From an uncultured bacterium (GTDB lineage: Bacteria > Patescibacteriota > Dojkabacteria > J137), in assembly GCA_963700155.1 (NCBI GenBank), contig OY969472.1:936690-1000689 (forward strand): 64,000 bases of DNA, in the 5' to 3' direction. The notes below the pieces were generated by a model. The model saw only the letters and a program-made list of their open reading frames with translations. It was not told where the DNA came from and did not search any database. The first letter of the stretch is position 1. Every line of letters starts with the position of its first letter. The translations under genes were made by a program, and so were the position numbers. Of the stretch, positions 1 through 9,386 are shown piece after piece.

Positions 1-44
1 ATTCAAGTGGTCCAGTTAGTGGGTCAAATCATTCAGTTGGAGGT

Positions 45-920
45 TTGGTTGGATTTAACGAATATAATATTTTCGATTCTTACACAGTAAGTCCAGTTTC
101 AGGAGATGCTGAAGAAATTGGCGGATTTACAGGTTATAATGATGACACTATTGAGTATTCTTTTTGGAATACACAGACTGCCCTACAATCTGATGCTTGT
201 GGAAATGAAGATTGTTCATCAGATGCAGTAGGAAAAACTTCTTCACAAATGAAATCTGAAGCAACATTTACTACAAGTCTCGGCGCAAATTCATGGGATT
301 TTGATAATACTTGGGCTATTAGTGGTGGAGTTAATAATGGTTATCCTTTCTTACAATGGAAATATGCTGATGATGGTGATTATGATGGAAATCCTGATTC
401 GGTTGAAAATGCTGGACCAAATAGTGGTGATGCAAATAACGATGGGATTTTGGATAGTCTTCAATCTAATGTTACAAGTTTTGTAAATACAATTACAAAT
501 ACATATTCAGTTTTAGAGTCAAATTGCAGTTCAAATTCTGGTGTTGATATTATGGAAGAACCTAATGATTATTTAGATAGTGGATTTGAATATCCAGCGG
601 GACTTATGGATTTTACATTACATTGTGCTGTTGGAGGTACAGCAACAGTTACTCAATATTATTATGGTGACTTGAGTGCAGATCAAATAGTTCCAAGAAA
701 GTATAATTCTACAACACATGTTTATACTACGATTCCAAATGCCGTTGTTACTGACGTTATGATCGGTGGTGAAAATGCTATAAAGGTTGTATATGAAATT
801 ACAGATGGTGGAGATTTAGATCAAGATGGAACTGCAAATGGAGCTATAGTTGACCCCTCAGGACCTTCTATAAATACAGCAGGAGTACCTGACACGGGAC
901 TAGGAAAACTCGGTGTATAA
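45..920 (+). CDS. C-terminal part of a surface protein (GLUG-like repeat, choice-of-anchor-U-like domain, VPDTG sorting-like motif); probably starts before the window
   Basis: IGGFTGYN repeat, GDANNDGILDS, ITDGGDLDQDG..NGAIVDP, ends VPDTGLGKLGV; the frame is open from the window start; sortase gene follows. Confidence 0.7.
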   Translation: MVGFNEYNIFDSYTVSPVSGDAEEIGGFTGYNDDTIEYSFWNTQTALQSDACGNEDCSSDAVGKTSSQMKSEATFTTSLGANSWDFDNTWAISGGVNNGYPFLQWKYADDGDYDGNPDSVENAGPNSGDANNDGILDSLQSNVTSFVNTITNTYSVLESNCSSNSGVDIMEEPNDYLDSGFEYPAGLMDFTLHCAVGGTATVTQYYYGDLSADQIVPRKYNSTTHVYTTIPNAVVTDVMIGGENAIKVVYEITDGGDLDQDGTANGAIVDPSGPSINTAGVPDTGLGKLGV

Positions 921-931
921 TTGGTTTAAGT

Positions 932-1696
932 ATGAAAAATAAATCTATTAAATTAAACCAGAGTAAAAAAGTTTTTCAATTAAAGGGCTTTGGCCAAAAG
1001 GCCAAAGCCCTTTATTATGCAAAAACTTTATCAGTATATAAATTAGTTAGAAAAACTACAAAGTATGAAAATTACAAAGCATTGATTTCAATTTCTTTAA
1101 CGGTTTTAATACTTGTTGTAGGTATCTCAATCTATAAATTTCCTACTTTGGTTGAACCTAAAGTTCTTCCGATTAATACTATAAAAGCTACTATCCTAAC
1201 ATATTCAACTGATCACCCGAGCGAGGATCAAGTAAGTGATTATCATGTTTCAGATAAAAATCCCCGCTTAATAAATTTCCCTTCTCTAGGAATTAAAGGT
1301 TTTATAGAACAAGTTGGTGTTGATCAAAATAATGCAATTGCTGTTCCGGATAATATTAATATGGCAGGTTGGTATGTAAATAGTGTAAAACCTGGTGAAT
1401 CTGGGTTAAGTATAATAGATGGACATGTCGATGGATTGTATAGCGATGGTGTGTTCAATAAAATACAATTCCTTCAAAAAGATGATACATTTGAAGTTGA
1501 ATATGGTGATGGACACGTTGTGAATTTCAAGGTTGTTGATATACAAACTCCACTAAATGCTGGCGCTGCTAAAGTTTTATATTCTAAACATTCTGATATA
1601 AAAAGTCAGTTAAACTTAATTACTTGTGGGGGAACGTATTCAAAAGATAAAAAAACATATGATCACAGAGTTATAGTTGTATCCGAACAGATTTAA
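932..1696 (+). CDS. class F sortase
   Basis: N-terminal TM, AGWY..SVKPGE, IDGHVD (His), LNLITCGG (Cys), HRVIV (Arg). Confidence 0.9.
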   Translation: MKNKSIKLNQSKKVFQLKGFGQKAKALYYAKTLSVYKLVRKTTKYENYKALISISLTVLILVVGISIYKFPTLVEPKVLPINTIKATILTYSTDHPSEDQVSDYHVSDKNPRLINFPSLGIKGFIEQVGVDQNNAIAVPDNINMAGWYVNSVKPGESGLSIIDGHVDGLYSDGVFNKIQFLQKDDTFEVEYGDGHVVNFKVVDIQTPLNAGAAKVLYSKHSDIKSQLNLITCGGTYSKDKKTYDHRVIVVSEQI

Positions 1697-1884
1697 TAGT
1701 TATTCATTTTTTAAACAGTGGTACAAAAATGTTGAAATAATCATTTACACTTGAATAGACTTTTGTAACATACCAAATACAAGGAGTATTCAATATAGGG
1801 AAAGTTGCTGGACCAGTCCTGAAACGTCAGATTGAACTAAAAGTAAATATATCTTCAATGAATTTTCTGTTGTAAGATGATGAT

Positions 1885-2589
1885 ATGTTAAAAGTATTCA
1901 CACAAAATTGTTTTGGAACAAATATCTTTACATCAAACTTAAGACTTAAGTTTATCAGGGATTTTATTGAGGTTGAACAACCTGATTTTGTTTTCTTGCA
2001 AGAAATAATTTTCAAATTTCAAGTAGATACGATTACTCCAAATAATTATTCAGCTATATTTGTCTCAAATGGATATCTTGTTGATGGAGGTTTACTAACT
2101 TTAGTAAGAAATGATTATCAAGTTTTAAAATCTTACTTTAAAAGGTATTCAAAACAAGGAAAGATTTTAAGTAGTCAAATTTCTGATAGGATTTTAAGGA
2201 AAGGGTTTTTAGATGTTGAAGTAGATACAGATTTTCATTTAATAAACACACATTTGCTTGCAACTTACTCTAAGGAATTTATTTATGATAAAAACCAAGA
2301 GTCACAATTAATAGAATTATATAAATATTTGAAACAATTCAAAAATTTTATACTTGCTGGAGATTTTAATTTTGATGAAGATTCAATATTTTATAAAAAA
2401 CTATTAAAAGAATTGGATTTGAATGATTTAACTTATAAAATGGGGAATACTTCATTAACTAGCGCTAGAAAATTAGACATTATATTTCATTCTAAACCCT
2501 ATAAAGAAATTGAAAGAAATTTTGTAGATTATAAAGCAAAAAAGTATCCCTCTGATCACAAGGGCATTATTGTTGAATTTGGAGAATAA
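1885..2589 (+). CDS. endonuclease/exonuclease/phosphatase family protein
   Basis: TQN, PDFVFLQE, NTHL, AGDFN, LDIIF, PSDH motifs. Confidence 0.9.
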   Translation: MLKVFTQNCFGTNIFTSNLRLKFIRDFIEVEQPDFVFLQEIIFKFQVDTITPNNYSAIFVSNGYLVDGGLLTLVRNDYQVLKSYFKRYSKQGKILSSQISDRILRKGFLDVEVDTDFHLINTHLLATYSKEFIYDKNQESQLIELYKYLKQFKNFILAGDFNFDEDSIFYKKLLKELDLNDLTYKMGNTSLTSARKLDIIFHSKPYKEIERNFVDYKAKKYPSDHKGIIVEFGE

Positions 2590-2596
2590 ACTAACA

Positions 2597-2656
2597 TGGG
2601 GTAGAACATGGTGTTCAGTCAGAGAACTATTTATACAGAGCCTAATAACTCTCTAA
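2597..2656 (+). repeat. att junction 1 encoding an orphan recombinase C-terminal tail WGRTWCSVRELFIQSLITL*
   Basis: direct repeat of 4427-4492 (ATGGGGTAGAACATGGTGT identical); WGxxW pattern matches the ends of both serine recombinases. Confidence 0.8.
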
Positions 2657-2662
2657 CTGAAC

Positions 2663-3640
2663 TTACAAAATAATATTAAATAAATACCCTGTGAAAATTA
2701 TCCCTAAAGTCAGTATTGTTATATAAATTGCTAATAACTTTGGCTTTAAAACCTTTCTTAGAATTATCATTTCAGGTAAAGATAGTGCTGTAACTGACAT
2801 CATAAAAGAAAGTGATGTACCAATCGGCAGTCCTTTTTCTATCAAAGATTTTACTATAGGAATAGTACCAGCAGCATTTGAATAAAGTGGAACACCAATC
2901 AAAACAGCTATCGGAACTGCTAACCAATTATCTTTACCTGCAATTTGGGCCAAAAAGTTTTCTGGAGCATAACCATGTACTAAAGCTCCAATTCCCACAC
3001 CAATTAAAACATAAGGAAAGACTTTCTTAATAAGGTCTTTTGTGTATTCAAATGAGTCTTTCATCCTCTCTTTAAAGGTTAATTTGACTAATCCTATAAC
3101 ATTTTTTATAGCAATCTTCCAAACATAGTCTTCGACTAAATGCTCAAGCTTTAATCTTCCAAGAATAAACCCTGCAACTGTTGCAATAATAAGCCCAGAA
3201 ACAACATACAATAGCGCAACACTTGGTCCGAACATACCTAGAAGCAAAATAGCTGCAACTTCATTAATCATTGGAGCTGAAATTAAAAAGGAGAAAGTTA
3301 CTCCAAGCGGAACACCTGACTCAACTAGTCCAATAAAAAGAGGGACTGCTGAGCACGAACAAAATGGCGTTATTATGCCTATCAATGAAGCTAATAAATT
3401 TCCAACAATCTCGAACCTTGTGGATAAAAACTTCTTAGTTTTTTCAGGCGGTAGATATGACCTTATTATTGAAACAGCATAGATTATTACACATAAAAGA
3501 ATAAATATTTTTATGCTGTCATAAATAAAAAAGTTTAGAGAACCAGCTATTATGCTTGTTTTATCAAGATTTAGTAAAGAGTAAGTGAGCCAATCAGCGA
3601 GTATTTGTATTGGGTAAAAAATATCCATATTTATTTGCAA
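2663..3640 (-). CDS. ArsP/DUF318 family permease
   Basis: TPFCSCSAVP, FSFLISAPM, ALSLPEMIIL motifs; multiple TM helices. Confidence 0.9.
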   Translation of the reverse strand: MQINMDIFYPIQILADWLTYSLLNLDKTSIIAGSLNFFIYDSIKIFILLCVIIYAVSIIRSYLPPEKTKKFLSTRFEIVGNLLASLIGIITPFCSCSAVPLFIGLVESGVPLGVTFSFLISAPMINEVAAILLLGMFGPSVALLYVVSGLIIATVAGFILGRLKLEHLVEDYVWKIAIKNVIGLVKLTFKERMKDSFEYTKDLIKKVFPYVLIGVGIGALVHGYAPENFLAQIAGKDNWLAVPIAVLIGVPLYSNAAGTIPIVKSLIEKGLPIGTSLSFMMSVTALSLPEMIILRKVLKPKLLAIYITILTLGIIFTGYLFNIIL

Positions 3641-3921
3641 TTACAATCAGTATTATTGCAATCGCAGCCTCCGCTAGTCATTTCTTTTCCATTCTGGATT
3701 AAATCTTTAAGCTTAGTAATATCATTAGAAAACCCAACCATTACAGGCTTGCCATTAACAGCTAGTACAGGCGATGACATAATTCCCATTTCGACAATCT
3801 TAGTTATGTCGGTGATATATTCTACTTCAGTGTCAATCTCTAAATCTTTAACTGCTTTCTGAGTAATCTCATAAAGTTTTTTACATGTTGGACAACCTGA
3901 ACCAAGCACTTGAATGGTCAT
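3631..3921 (-). CDS. small thioredoxin-like redox-active disulfide protein
   Basis: IQVLGSGCPTCKKL, MSSPVLAVNG; Cys-rich tail. Confidence 0.9.
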   Translation of the reverse strand: MTIQVLGSGCPTCKKLYEITQKAVKDLEIDTEVEYITDITKIVEMGIMSSPVLAVNGKPVMVGFSNDITKLKDLIQNGKEMTSGGCDCNNTDCNCK

Positions 3922-3938
3922 AATTTTGTAAATAATAA

Positions 3939-4268
3939 TTAGTTAATATCAATGAACTTAAATAGTTTTGCAATTTTGTCTTTCATCGATGACTTAATGA
4001 AGTAAAAAAGCTGATTACCTTTTCTTTCCTTATCGAGCACTCCACCTTCTTGCATAACTTTCAGATGGTGTGAAACTAGATTTTGAGGAAGTTCAATTTT
4101 CTCAGCCAAATCACAGACGCAAATCTCTTCATTATTCAAAATGCAAAGAATTTTTATTCTATTCGGCTCAGATATAATCTTTAAGAGGTCTGCTGAAGAA
4201 TCAATTTGGTTGAATCTGCTAGTATTTTCATCACAACATTTTGCTTTTGTCATAGTTTTGTATATCAA
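3939..4268 (-). CDS. arsR: ArsR/SmtB family metalloregulator (start probably ATG at 4253)
   Basis: EPNRIKIL, ICVCDL, QNLVSHHLKVM. Confidence 0.9.
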   Translation of the reverse strand: MIYKTMTKAKCCDENTSRFNQIDSSADLLKIISEPNRIKILCILNNEEICVCDLAEKIELPQNLVSHHLKVMQEGGVLDKERKGNQLFYFIKSSMKDKIAKLFKFIDIN

Positions 4269-4323
4269 TAGGTATTGATATAGTAGCCCGACGTTGAAAC
4301 TATGTCAATAGATATTGATATAG
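4261..4323. promoter_or_regulatory. two palindromic ArsR-type operators
   Basis: TATATCAATA-gg-TATTGATATA (4261-4282) and CTATGTCAATA-ga-TATTGATATAG (4300-4323), directly upstream of arsR. Confidence 0.75.
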
Positions 4324-4426
4324 TTTTGAGAATATTTAATTAAGAAAATTCTACTAATGTTATATATTAGTTCTGATGAAAGATGTTAGAACTTAATTTT
4401 TGCAGACAGATAAATGTTATAGACAA

Positions 4427-4492
4427 TGGGGTAGAACATGGTGTAGAGTTAGAGAATTATTCATACAAAGTTTATTGAACTATTCTTTATAA
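4427..4492 (+). repeat. att junction 2 encoding an orphan tail WGRTWCRVRELFIQSLLNYSL*
   Basis: repeat of 2597-2656 with mostly synonymous differences. Confidence 0.8.
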
Positions 4493-4495
4493 AAT

Positions 4496-5239
4496 TTATT
4501 CTGTAAAAGTCCAGCCTAAATCAGCCTTCGGATATTCACATATCAAAATGCCTGCCTGATGCCTTTTTAATGAGGTAATGGTTCCATCAGGACACACAAA
4601 TGATGAAGGCATTCTAGAGTAGCGAGATGAAGAATTACTTCCAGAAATATACATTAAGCTATCAGTTGACCTAGTAATGAACTGCGCTCTCATTAACTCA
4701 TCCATACTATTTTTTGGTTTGGAACTGTTAGCGTTATAGAAAGATATAAACAACACCTCTACACCTGCATTTTTATAATCTTGAAAAAAACTAGGAAAGT
4801 TTGAATCGTAGCAAATTAAAAAACCGCACTTCACACCTTTTATATCATAGACAAGGCTATTTTCTTTGTTTTCAAACTTCTCTTTTTCCTTCCCATACAA
4901 ACGAGATTTGATGTAGTGACCTGCTATCTTGCCTTTATCCGTAATCAAGCAAGTAGCATTAAATGGGTTTCTATTTCCTGAGCTAGGTTGATGTACACCA
5001 ATTACGATATTTATATCAGACTCAGCAGCAATTGTTTTCAAATCTTCCATAGATTTATCCAACAAATTCCAATCAATTTCGGCTATCTCAGTCTGGTATC
5101 CTGATAGTGCTAATTCTGGAAAATGAATTACCTCCACTTTGGATTTTGCAGCTTCTTTAATTTGCCTGGAAATATAACGCATATTTTGTGCGATGTTGGT
5201 CGACACTGGGAATTGGCTTACAGCAATTTTAAGTTTCAT
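4496..5239 (-). CDS. carbon-nitrogen hydrolase (nitrilase superfamily)
   Basis: FPELALSGY (Glu), YIKSRL (Lys), LICYD (Cys). Confidence 0.9.
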   Translation of the reverse strand: MKLKIAVSQFPVSTNIAQNMRYISRQIKEAAKSKVEVIHFPELALSGYQTEIAEIDWNLLDKSMEDLKTIAAESDINIVIGVHQPSSGNRNPFNATCLITDKGKIAGHYIKSRLYGKEKEKFENKENSLVYDIKGVKCGFLICYDSNFPSFFQDYKNAGVEVLFISFYNANSSKPKNSMDELMRAQFITRSTDSLMYISGSNSSSRYSRMPSSFVCPDGTITSLKRHQAGILICEYPKADLGWTFTE

Positions 5240-6023
5240 TGTCTATCTGATAAAACTTATAAAATTCTTCAATACCGCACTTAGGAATTAGAAGTTTCAT
5301 TGGAAAAGTCTGCAATAATTCATCAATGTTTTTGGCTTCTTTGATTTTACTTAAAAATTTGATTTTTACTTGTTCATCTACTTCCTTTTCACTATTTATA
5401 AATTGCCCCCATATTCCACTGCTTCTTGGGAATGGAATTTCTTGAGTTCCGATTCCATTCATAAATGTTGAAGGAAATAATCTTCGATACGCTTCATAAT
5501 TGTATAGCCATGAACCTCCAGCAACATATTTTGCTGATGGAAAATTAGCTTTGATATATTTAAACATTTCCGCCAGCTCCTTCAAACGCTGTTCAATTCT
5601 TTGGTGAGAAAGTGGACCGAGTCCGCTTTTATCTTGATTGGAAAAATGTAGAGTTATTGTTTCCTTTGGTTGTTCATATTCGAATCTAAAACATCCAAAT
5701 CGTATTTTATCTGGAGACTTAATATTTCGTCTTTGTTTTTCATTTTCTAAGAAAAGATTATATGCAGTCTCAGCATAATTACCAACAGCTCTTGCAGATT
5801 GTAGGAAGTTTTGCCATATAGGATTATCACTATTAAACTGCCAATCCTTGACCCCTATCCGTTTGTAAAAAGCAGTATATTCCATCAAGCACTCCTCTAA
5901 AGTCTTTCCTGTAAGCTCCATAGCTTTTAATGCAAACTGGTACTGTAAATCAAAGTGTTCTCTAGGTATATCAGGTTTAAATGCTTCTTCTACTTGCTCA
6001 TCTAGATTCATATTGCTTGGCAT
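5229..6023 (-). CDS. hypothetical protein
   Basis: 264-aa ORF overlapping both neighbours (operon); GGSWLYN motif, function not recognised. Confidence 0.7.
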   Translation of the reverse strand: MPSNMNLDEQVEEAFKPDIPREHFDLQYQFALKAMELTGKTLEECLMEYTAFYKRIGVKDWQFNSDNPIWQNFLQSARAVGNYAETAYNLFLENEKQRRNIKSPDKIRFGCFRFEYEQPKETITLHFSNQDKSGLGPLSHQRIEQRLKELAEMFKYIKANFPSAKYVAGGSWLYNYEAYRRLFPSTFMNGIGTQEIPFPRSSGIWGQFINSEKEVDEQVKIKFLSKIKEAKNIDELLQTFPMKLLIPKCGIEEFYKFYQIDNET

Positions 6024-6769
6024 TTAAAAATAATTGTTGGAGTTACAAGATTTGCCCTGAATTTTGAATAATATCTTGAGGGATTATCAGATTGTCTTTC
6101 GCTGTAAATTTCTGGATTTGGTTCATAAACTTCAGAGATTTTGAAACCACTTTCATTTAATAAGTTAATCCAGGTGGAAATTTTTCTATGCTGTATATAT
6201 GCCCCACTACTGCCTACCCAGTCTGCTACAAATCTTGCCCCTTCATCTAGATAAGATTTATCCATGACTAATTTGTTATTTTCAACATTAAATCTTGAGT
6301 AAAATGGATGTTCCCAACTCCAAGTAAAATATCCCCCTTTATTTAAATAACTTCTGATATTTTTTAATGTCTTTTTCGGTGAAGTAGTCCAACCAATAGC
6401 ATAAACGGAAAATACAAAATCAACTTTCTCAGATAATTGAAGGTTTTCTTCCATAGAATTAAGATAAAGCACAACTTTGCCTTCTTCTATAGCCTTTTTA
6501 TTCAAATCTGAAGCTAATTCTTTTTGTTTTTCGGATATGTCCAACCCATAAATTTTCTTAGCACCTTTTTCAATAAGGTAGTGAATAGAATGTCCACTTC
6601 CAAAGCCTATTTCCATAATAGTTTTGCCTTTTATCTCACCTAGTAAGTCTATCTTTCTAAATTCGCCAAATGGTCCCCATGAAGGTAAATATAGACCGCC
6701 CGAAAATTTTTCAGCTACCTGCTCCCATGCTGCTTTATTTGTTTTAAGTATCTTATTAGGAACTACCAT
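6008..6769 (-). CDS. class I SAM-dependent methyltransferase
   Basis: MEIGFGSG, YGLDIS, YLNKGGYF. Confidence 0.9.
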   Translation of the reverse strand: MVVPNKILKTNKAAWEQVAEKFSGGLYLPSWGPFGEFRKIDLLGEIKGKTIMEIGFGSGHSIHYLIEKGAKKIYGLDISEKQKELASDLNKKAIEEGKVVLYLNSMEENLQLSEKVDFVFSVYAIGWTTSPKKTLKNIRSYLNKGGYFTWSWEHPFYSRFNVENNKLVMDKSYLDEGARFVADWVGSSGAYIQHRKISTWINLLNESGFKISEVYEPNPEIYSERQSDNPSRYYSKFRANLVTPTIIFKCQAI

Positions 6770-6814
6770 ATAGGTCTTTTCAGATTAATATCAAATATTT
6801 GTTAAGTTATCTTT

Positions 6815-7051
6815 CTAATCTATATTACTATTTTTTAAAGTATCATCCTGAGCTAATTCTTCAAGTAATGAACTATCAATGAGTATTTGTGAGAATGTTT
6901 CAAGTTCTCCTATTAGTTTTCTAATCTGTTCATCTGTATATTTCTGTCCTTCCTTTTCCAAAATTTTTCTTGCTTCTTCAACATTCATGATTATTATTTC
7001 TGTATTGAACTTCATTGAATAGCTTTTAATAAAGATTGAGTTACATGCCAC
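6815..7051 (-). CDS. small hypothetical protein (start probably MNVEEARKIL)
   Basis: short helical ORF co-oriented downstream of the R-M genes. Confidence 0.5.
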   Translation of the reverse strand: MACNSIFIKSYSMKFNTEIIIMNVEEARKILEKEGQKYTDEQIRKLIGELETFSQILIDSSLLEELAQDDTLKNSNID

Positions 7052-7995
7052 ATCATAACTGGGGGTACTGCATTTCCTAATACCTTGTATGACTTGGTTT
7101 TTGATTCATGAAGTTTAAAAGTATCTGGGAAAGATTGTATTCTAGCAACTTCTTTTGGTGTGAACATTCGGTATCTTCCATTTATTTTTAAAACTGGGTC
7201 GGTACTATTTAAACTTACCTTAGCAAGGTGTGCACCAACAGTATTAGAAGGTAAGTTAATATCCTGTGCCCTGCCCTTATTCATTTTCTTGTTAGAGTTT
7301 AGCAGTCCTTGTACAGCCCTATCACTAAAATAATAATGACTTTCTATTGTATCCTCATTCTCAATAATTGTTTTTAATGCGACTTTATTTTCTACATGAG
7401 TTGGAATTGGGAACTCAAATTTTTCAAAAGCATCTTTGTCTCTAAATCCAACTATAAAAACTCTTTCTCTCCTCTGAGGCACTCCATAATCGGAGGCATT
7501 AAGAAGTTTATATTTTATAAAATAACCAGCTTTAGTAAATGTCTCAATAATCAAAGGAAAGGCTTGTTTCTGATTTGCAGATAATAGACCTTTTACATTT
7601 TCAGCAATGAAATATTTCGGTTTTTTATTTTCAAGAATCTTATACATTTCAAAGAATAATTTCCCATTTTCATTTTTATATCCTAATCTTGGGGGATTCT
7701 GAGCTACTATTGAAAAAGACTGGCAAGGAAACCCACCAATTAATAAGTCGTGTTCAGGTACTTCCGAAATATCGAGTTGTCTAATATCATTACAAATAAT
7801 TGGGTGTTCAAAGTTATCGTTATAGACACCACAGGCGATAGGGTCATTATCAATTGCATAGTTAATTTCAAATGGATTCTTGGCGTAAAGATTGTCTAGA
7901 AAATTAAATCCTCCGACTAATCCTAAATCCATTCCTCCACAGCCCGAGAAGAGAGATGCAACTCTTATTTTATTTCTACTAGTAATTTTTCCCAT
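7012..7995 (-). CDS. DNA (cytosine-5)-methyltransferase
   Basis: SLFSGCGG, GFPCQSFS, ENVKG, QRRERVF, GNAVPP. Confidence 0.95.
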   Translation of the reverse strand: MGKITSRNKIRVASLFSGCGGMDLGLVGGFNFLDNLYAKNPFEINYAIDNDPIACGVYNDNFEHPIICNDIRQLDISEVPEHDLLIGGFPCQSFSIVAQNPPRLGYKNENGKLFFEMYKILENKKPKYFIAENVKGLLSANQKQAFPLIIETFTKAGYFIKYKLLNASDYGVPQRRERVFIVGFRDKDAFEKFEFPIPTHVENKVALKTIIENEDTIESHYYFSDRAVQGLLNSNKKMNKGRAQDINLPSNTVGAHLAKVSLNSTDPVLKINGRYRMFTPKEVARIQSFPDTFKLHESKTKSYKVLGNAVPPVMMWHVTQSLLKAIQ

Positions 7996-9386
7996 TGTCC
8001 TGACTTTTCATTATATATAATTTCTGCACCATTTCTTGGAAGCATTTGAAGTAGATTTGACTTATATTTCCCCACAGGGTCTTGAATTACAAATAAATCT
8101 AAATCTTCCTTAGATATTAGTAACCTGTAGACAAAATACCTATTGTTATGTCCTTCTGCTGAAGTCCATTCACTTGGAGTCATGTGGAATCTATTTACAC
8201 TTAATCTTCCCTTACTTATTGTAGTTTTTACCTCAATATATCTCCTTGTACCATCAAATTCAGCCGATTGAATATCATAACCAACTGCATACTGGCTAGG
8301 TATCTTTTGTACATATGGAAGGAATTGTTCACCTCCAATATTAATTAGCCTTTGTTTTTCATGCCTATAAATAATAGCTTCCCCAGTATCACCAATCTTT
8401 TTAGTTCTCAGTTCATTTTCTTCAAAAATATCTTTCAAAACTTCGGCAAGTAATGCGTGAACAGGCTGAACCTCACTATCCACTCCTTCGAGGTAGGTAG
8501 TCAAATCAGTTGAGAATAAATCCGTAGATAGTTTAGTATTGACGTATTTGAACCAGTTAAAACTAGCCTGATTTATTATTGTATAGTCTTTTTCTTCAAT
8601 ATTTAAATTATTGTAAAGAGAGTTATATCCATCAAAATAATTACTGCTCTTAATAAATGCCTGAATTACTTCATAGTTTGATTTATTTAAATAATATTTA
8701 TTATTGGGTTGAAGAATCAACAAATCAGCCAAAACTAAATAGTCTAGTATATCTCCTGCATATCTAATAACATCACCCTCCCAGTCATAAGTTAACTTCT
8801 TTTTTTTATTTTCTTCAATTAGTTTGAATACATCTTCTGTTTGATATTCTCCAGTTGTAACTCTTAAATCATTAAATATGCAATGTGTCGCTTCTGCTTT
8901 ATCAATACCAAATCTTTTTGAAGTAGTTATCTCACCATAATCTAAAAGAGCAAGTATAAATTTTGCAGGTTTAAACTTTATTTTAGAATTTATTAACCCT
9001 GCAATCTCTTGTGGTTTTAAATGTCCACCTGGATATTGAAAGTAATATAAAAAATATCTAAAAAATTCAATTAAATCTTGGTTCTCAGCTAACAGTTTTG
9101 CCATTGGTGATGGAGACATTGTTCCATCTGCGTTGTTGCTTATTAGTCCGAATAACGCAGATATTTCTGTTCTCCAATTGTTAATAGTCTTTTCAGTTTT
9201 ATCTAAGTTGCTAGGGAATAGTTTAATTGCAGAGTTTACTTTCTCTATAAAATTAGCCTTTGGTAGAGTTGGAATTTGAGACAACTCATTAGACATATAG
9301 AACAAAACGTTTTCTACATCATTTTTAAATCGTGGTCTTACGTGATGTAATCTAAAAAAATGTTCCTCAGGTATGATATATTTCAT
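7965..9386 (-). CDS. putative restriction endonuclease with C-terminal DUF3883-like PD-(D/E)XK domain
   Basis: GDTGE, GYDIQS, YIEVKTT, FHMTPSEW; lies between two C5 methyltransferases. Confidence 0.8.
   Translation of the reverse strand: MKYIIPEEHFFRLHHVRPRFKNDVENVLFYMSNELSQIPTLPKANFIEKVNSAIKLFPSNLDKTEKTINNWRTEISALFGLISNNADGTMSPSPMAKLLAENQDLIEFFRYFLYYFQYPGGHLKPQEIAGLINSKIKFKPAKFILALLDYGEITTSKRFGIDKAEATHCIFNDLRVTTGEYQTEDVFKLIEENKKKKLTYDWEGDVIRYAGDILDYLVLADLLILQPNNKYYLNKSNYEVIQAFIKSSNYFDGYNSLYNNLNIEEKDYTIINQASFNWFKYVNTKLSTDLFSTDLTTYLEGVDSEVQPVHALLAEVLKDIFEENELRTKKIGDTGEAIIYRHEKQRLINIGGEQFLPYVQKIPSQYAVGYDIQSAEFDGTRRYIEVKTTISKGRLSVNRFHMTPSEWTSAEGHNNRYFVYRLLISKEDLDLFVIQDPVGKYKSNLLQMLPRNGAEIIYNEKSGQWEKLLVEIK

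Larger units (their letters stand above)
2597..4426. mobile_element. unit A: 1.83 kb integrase-less ArsR/thioredoxin-like/permease cassette
   Basis: bounded by att-like direct repeats at 2597 and 4427; no recombinase gene inside. Confidence 0.7.

Noticed and set aside
1764-1790. third ECF promoter candidate TGTAAC...GTATT
   Set aside because: The -10 box and spacing differ from the two matching sites.
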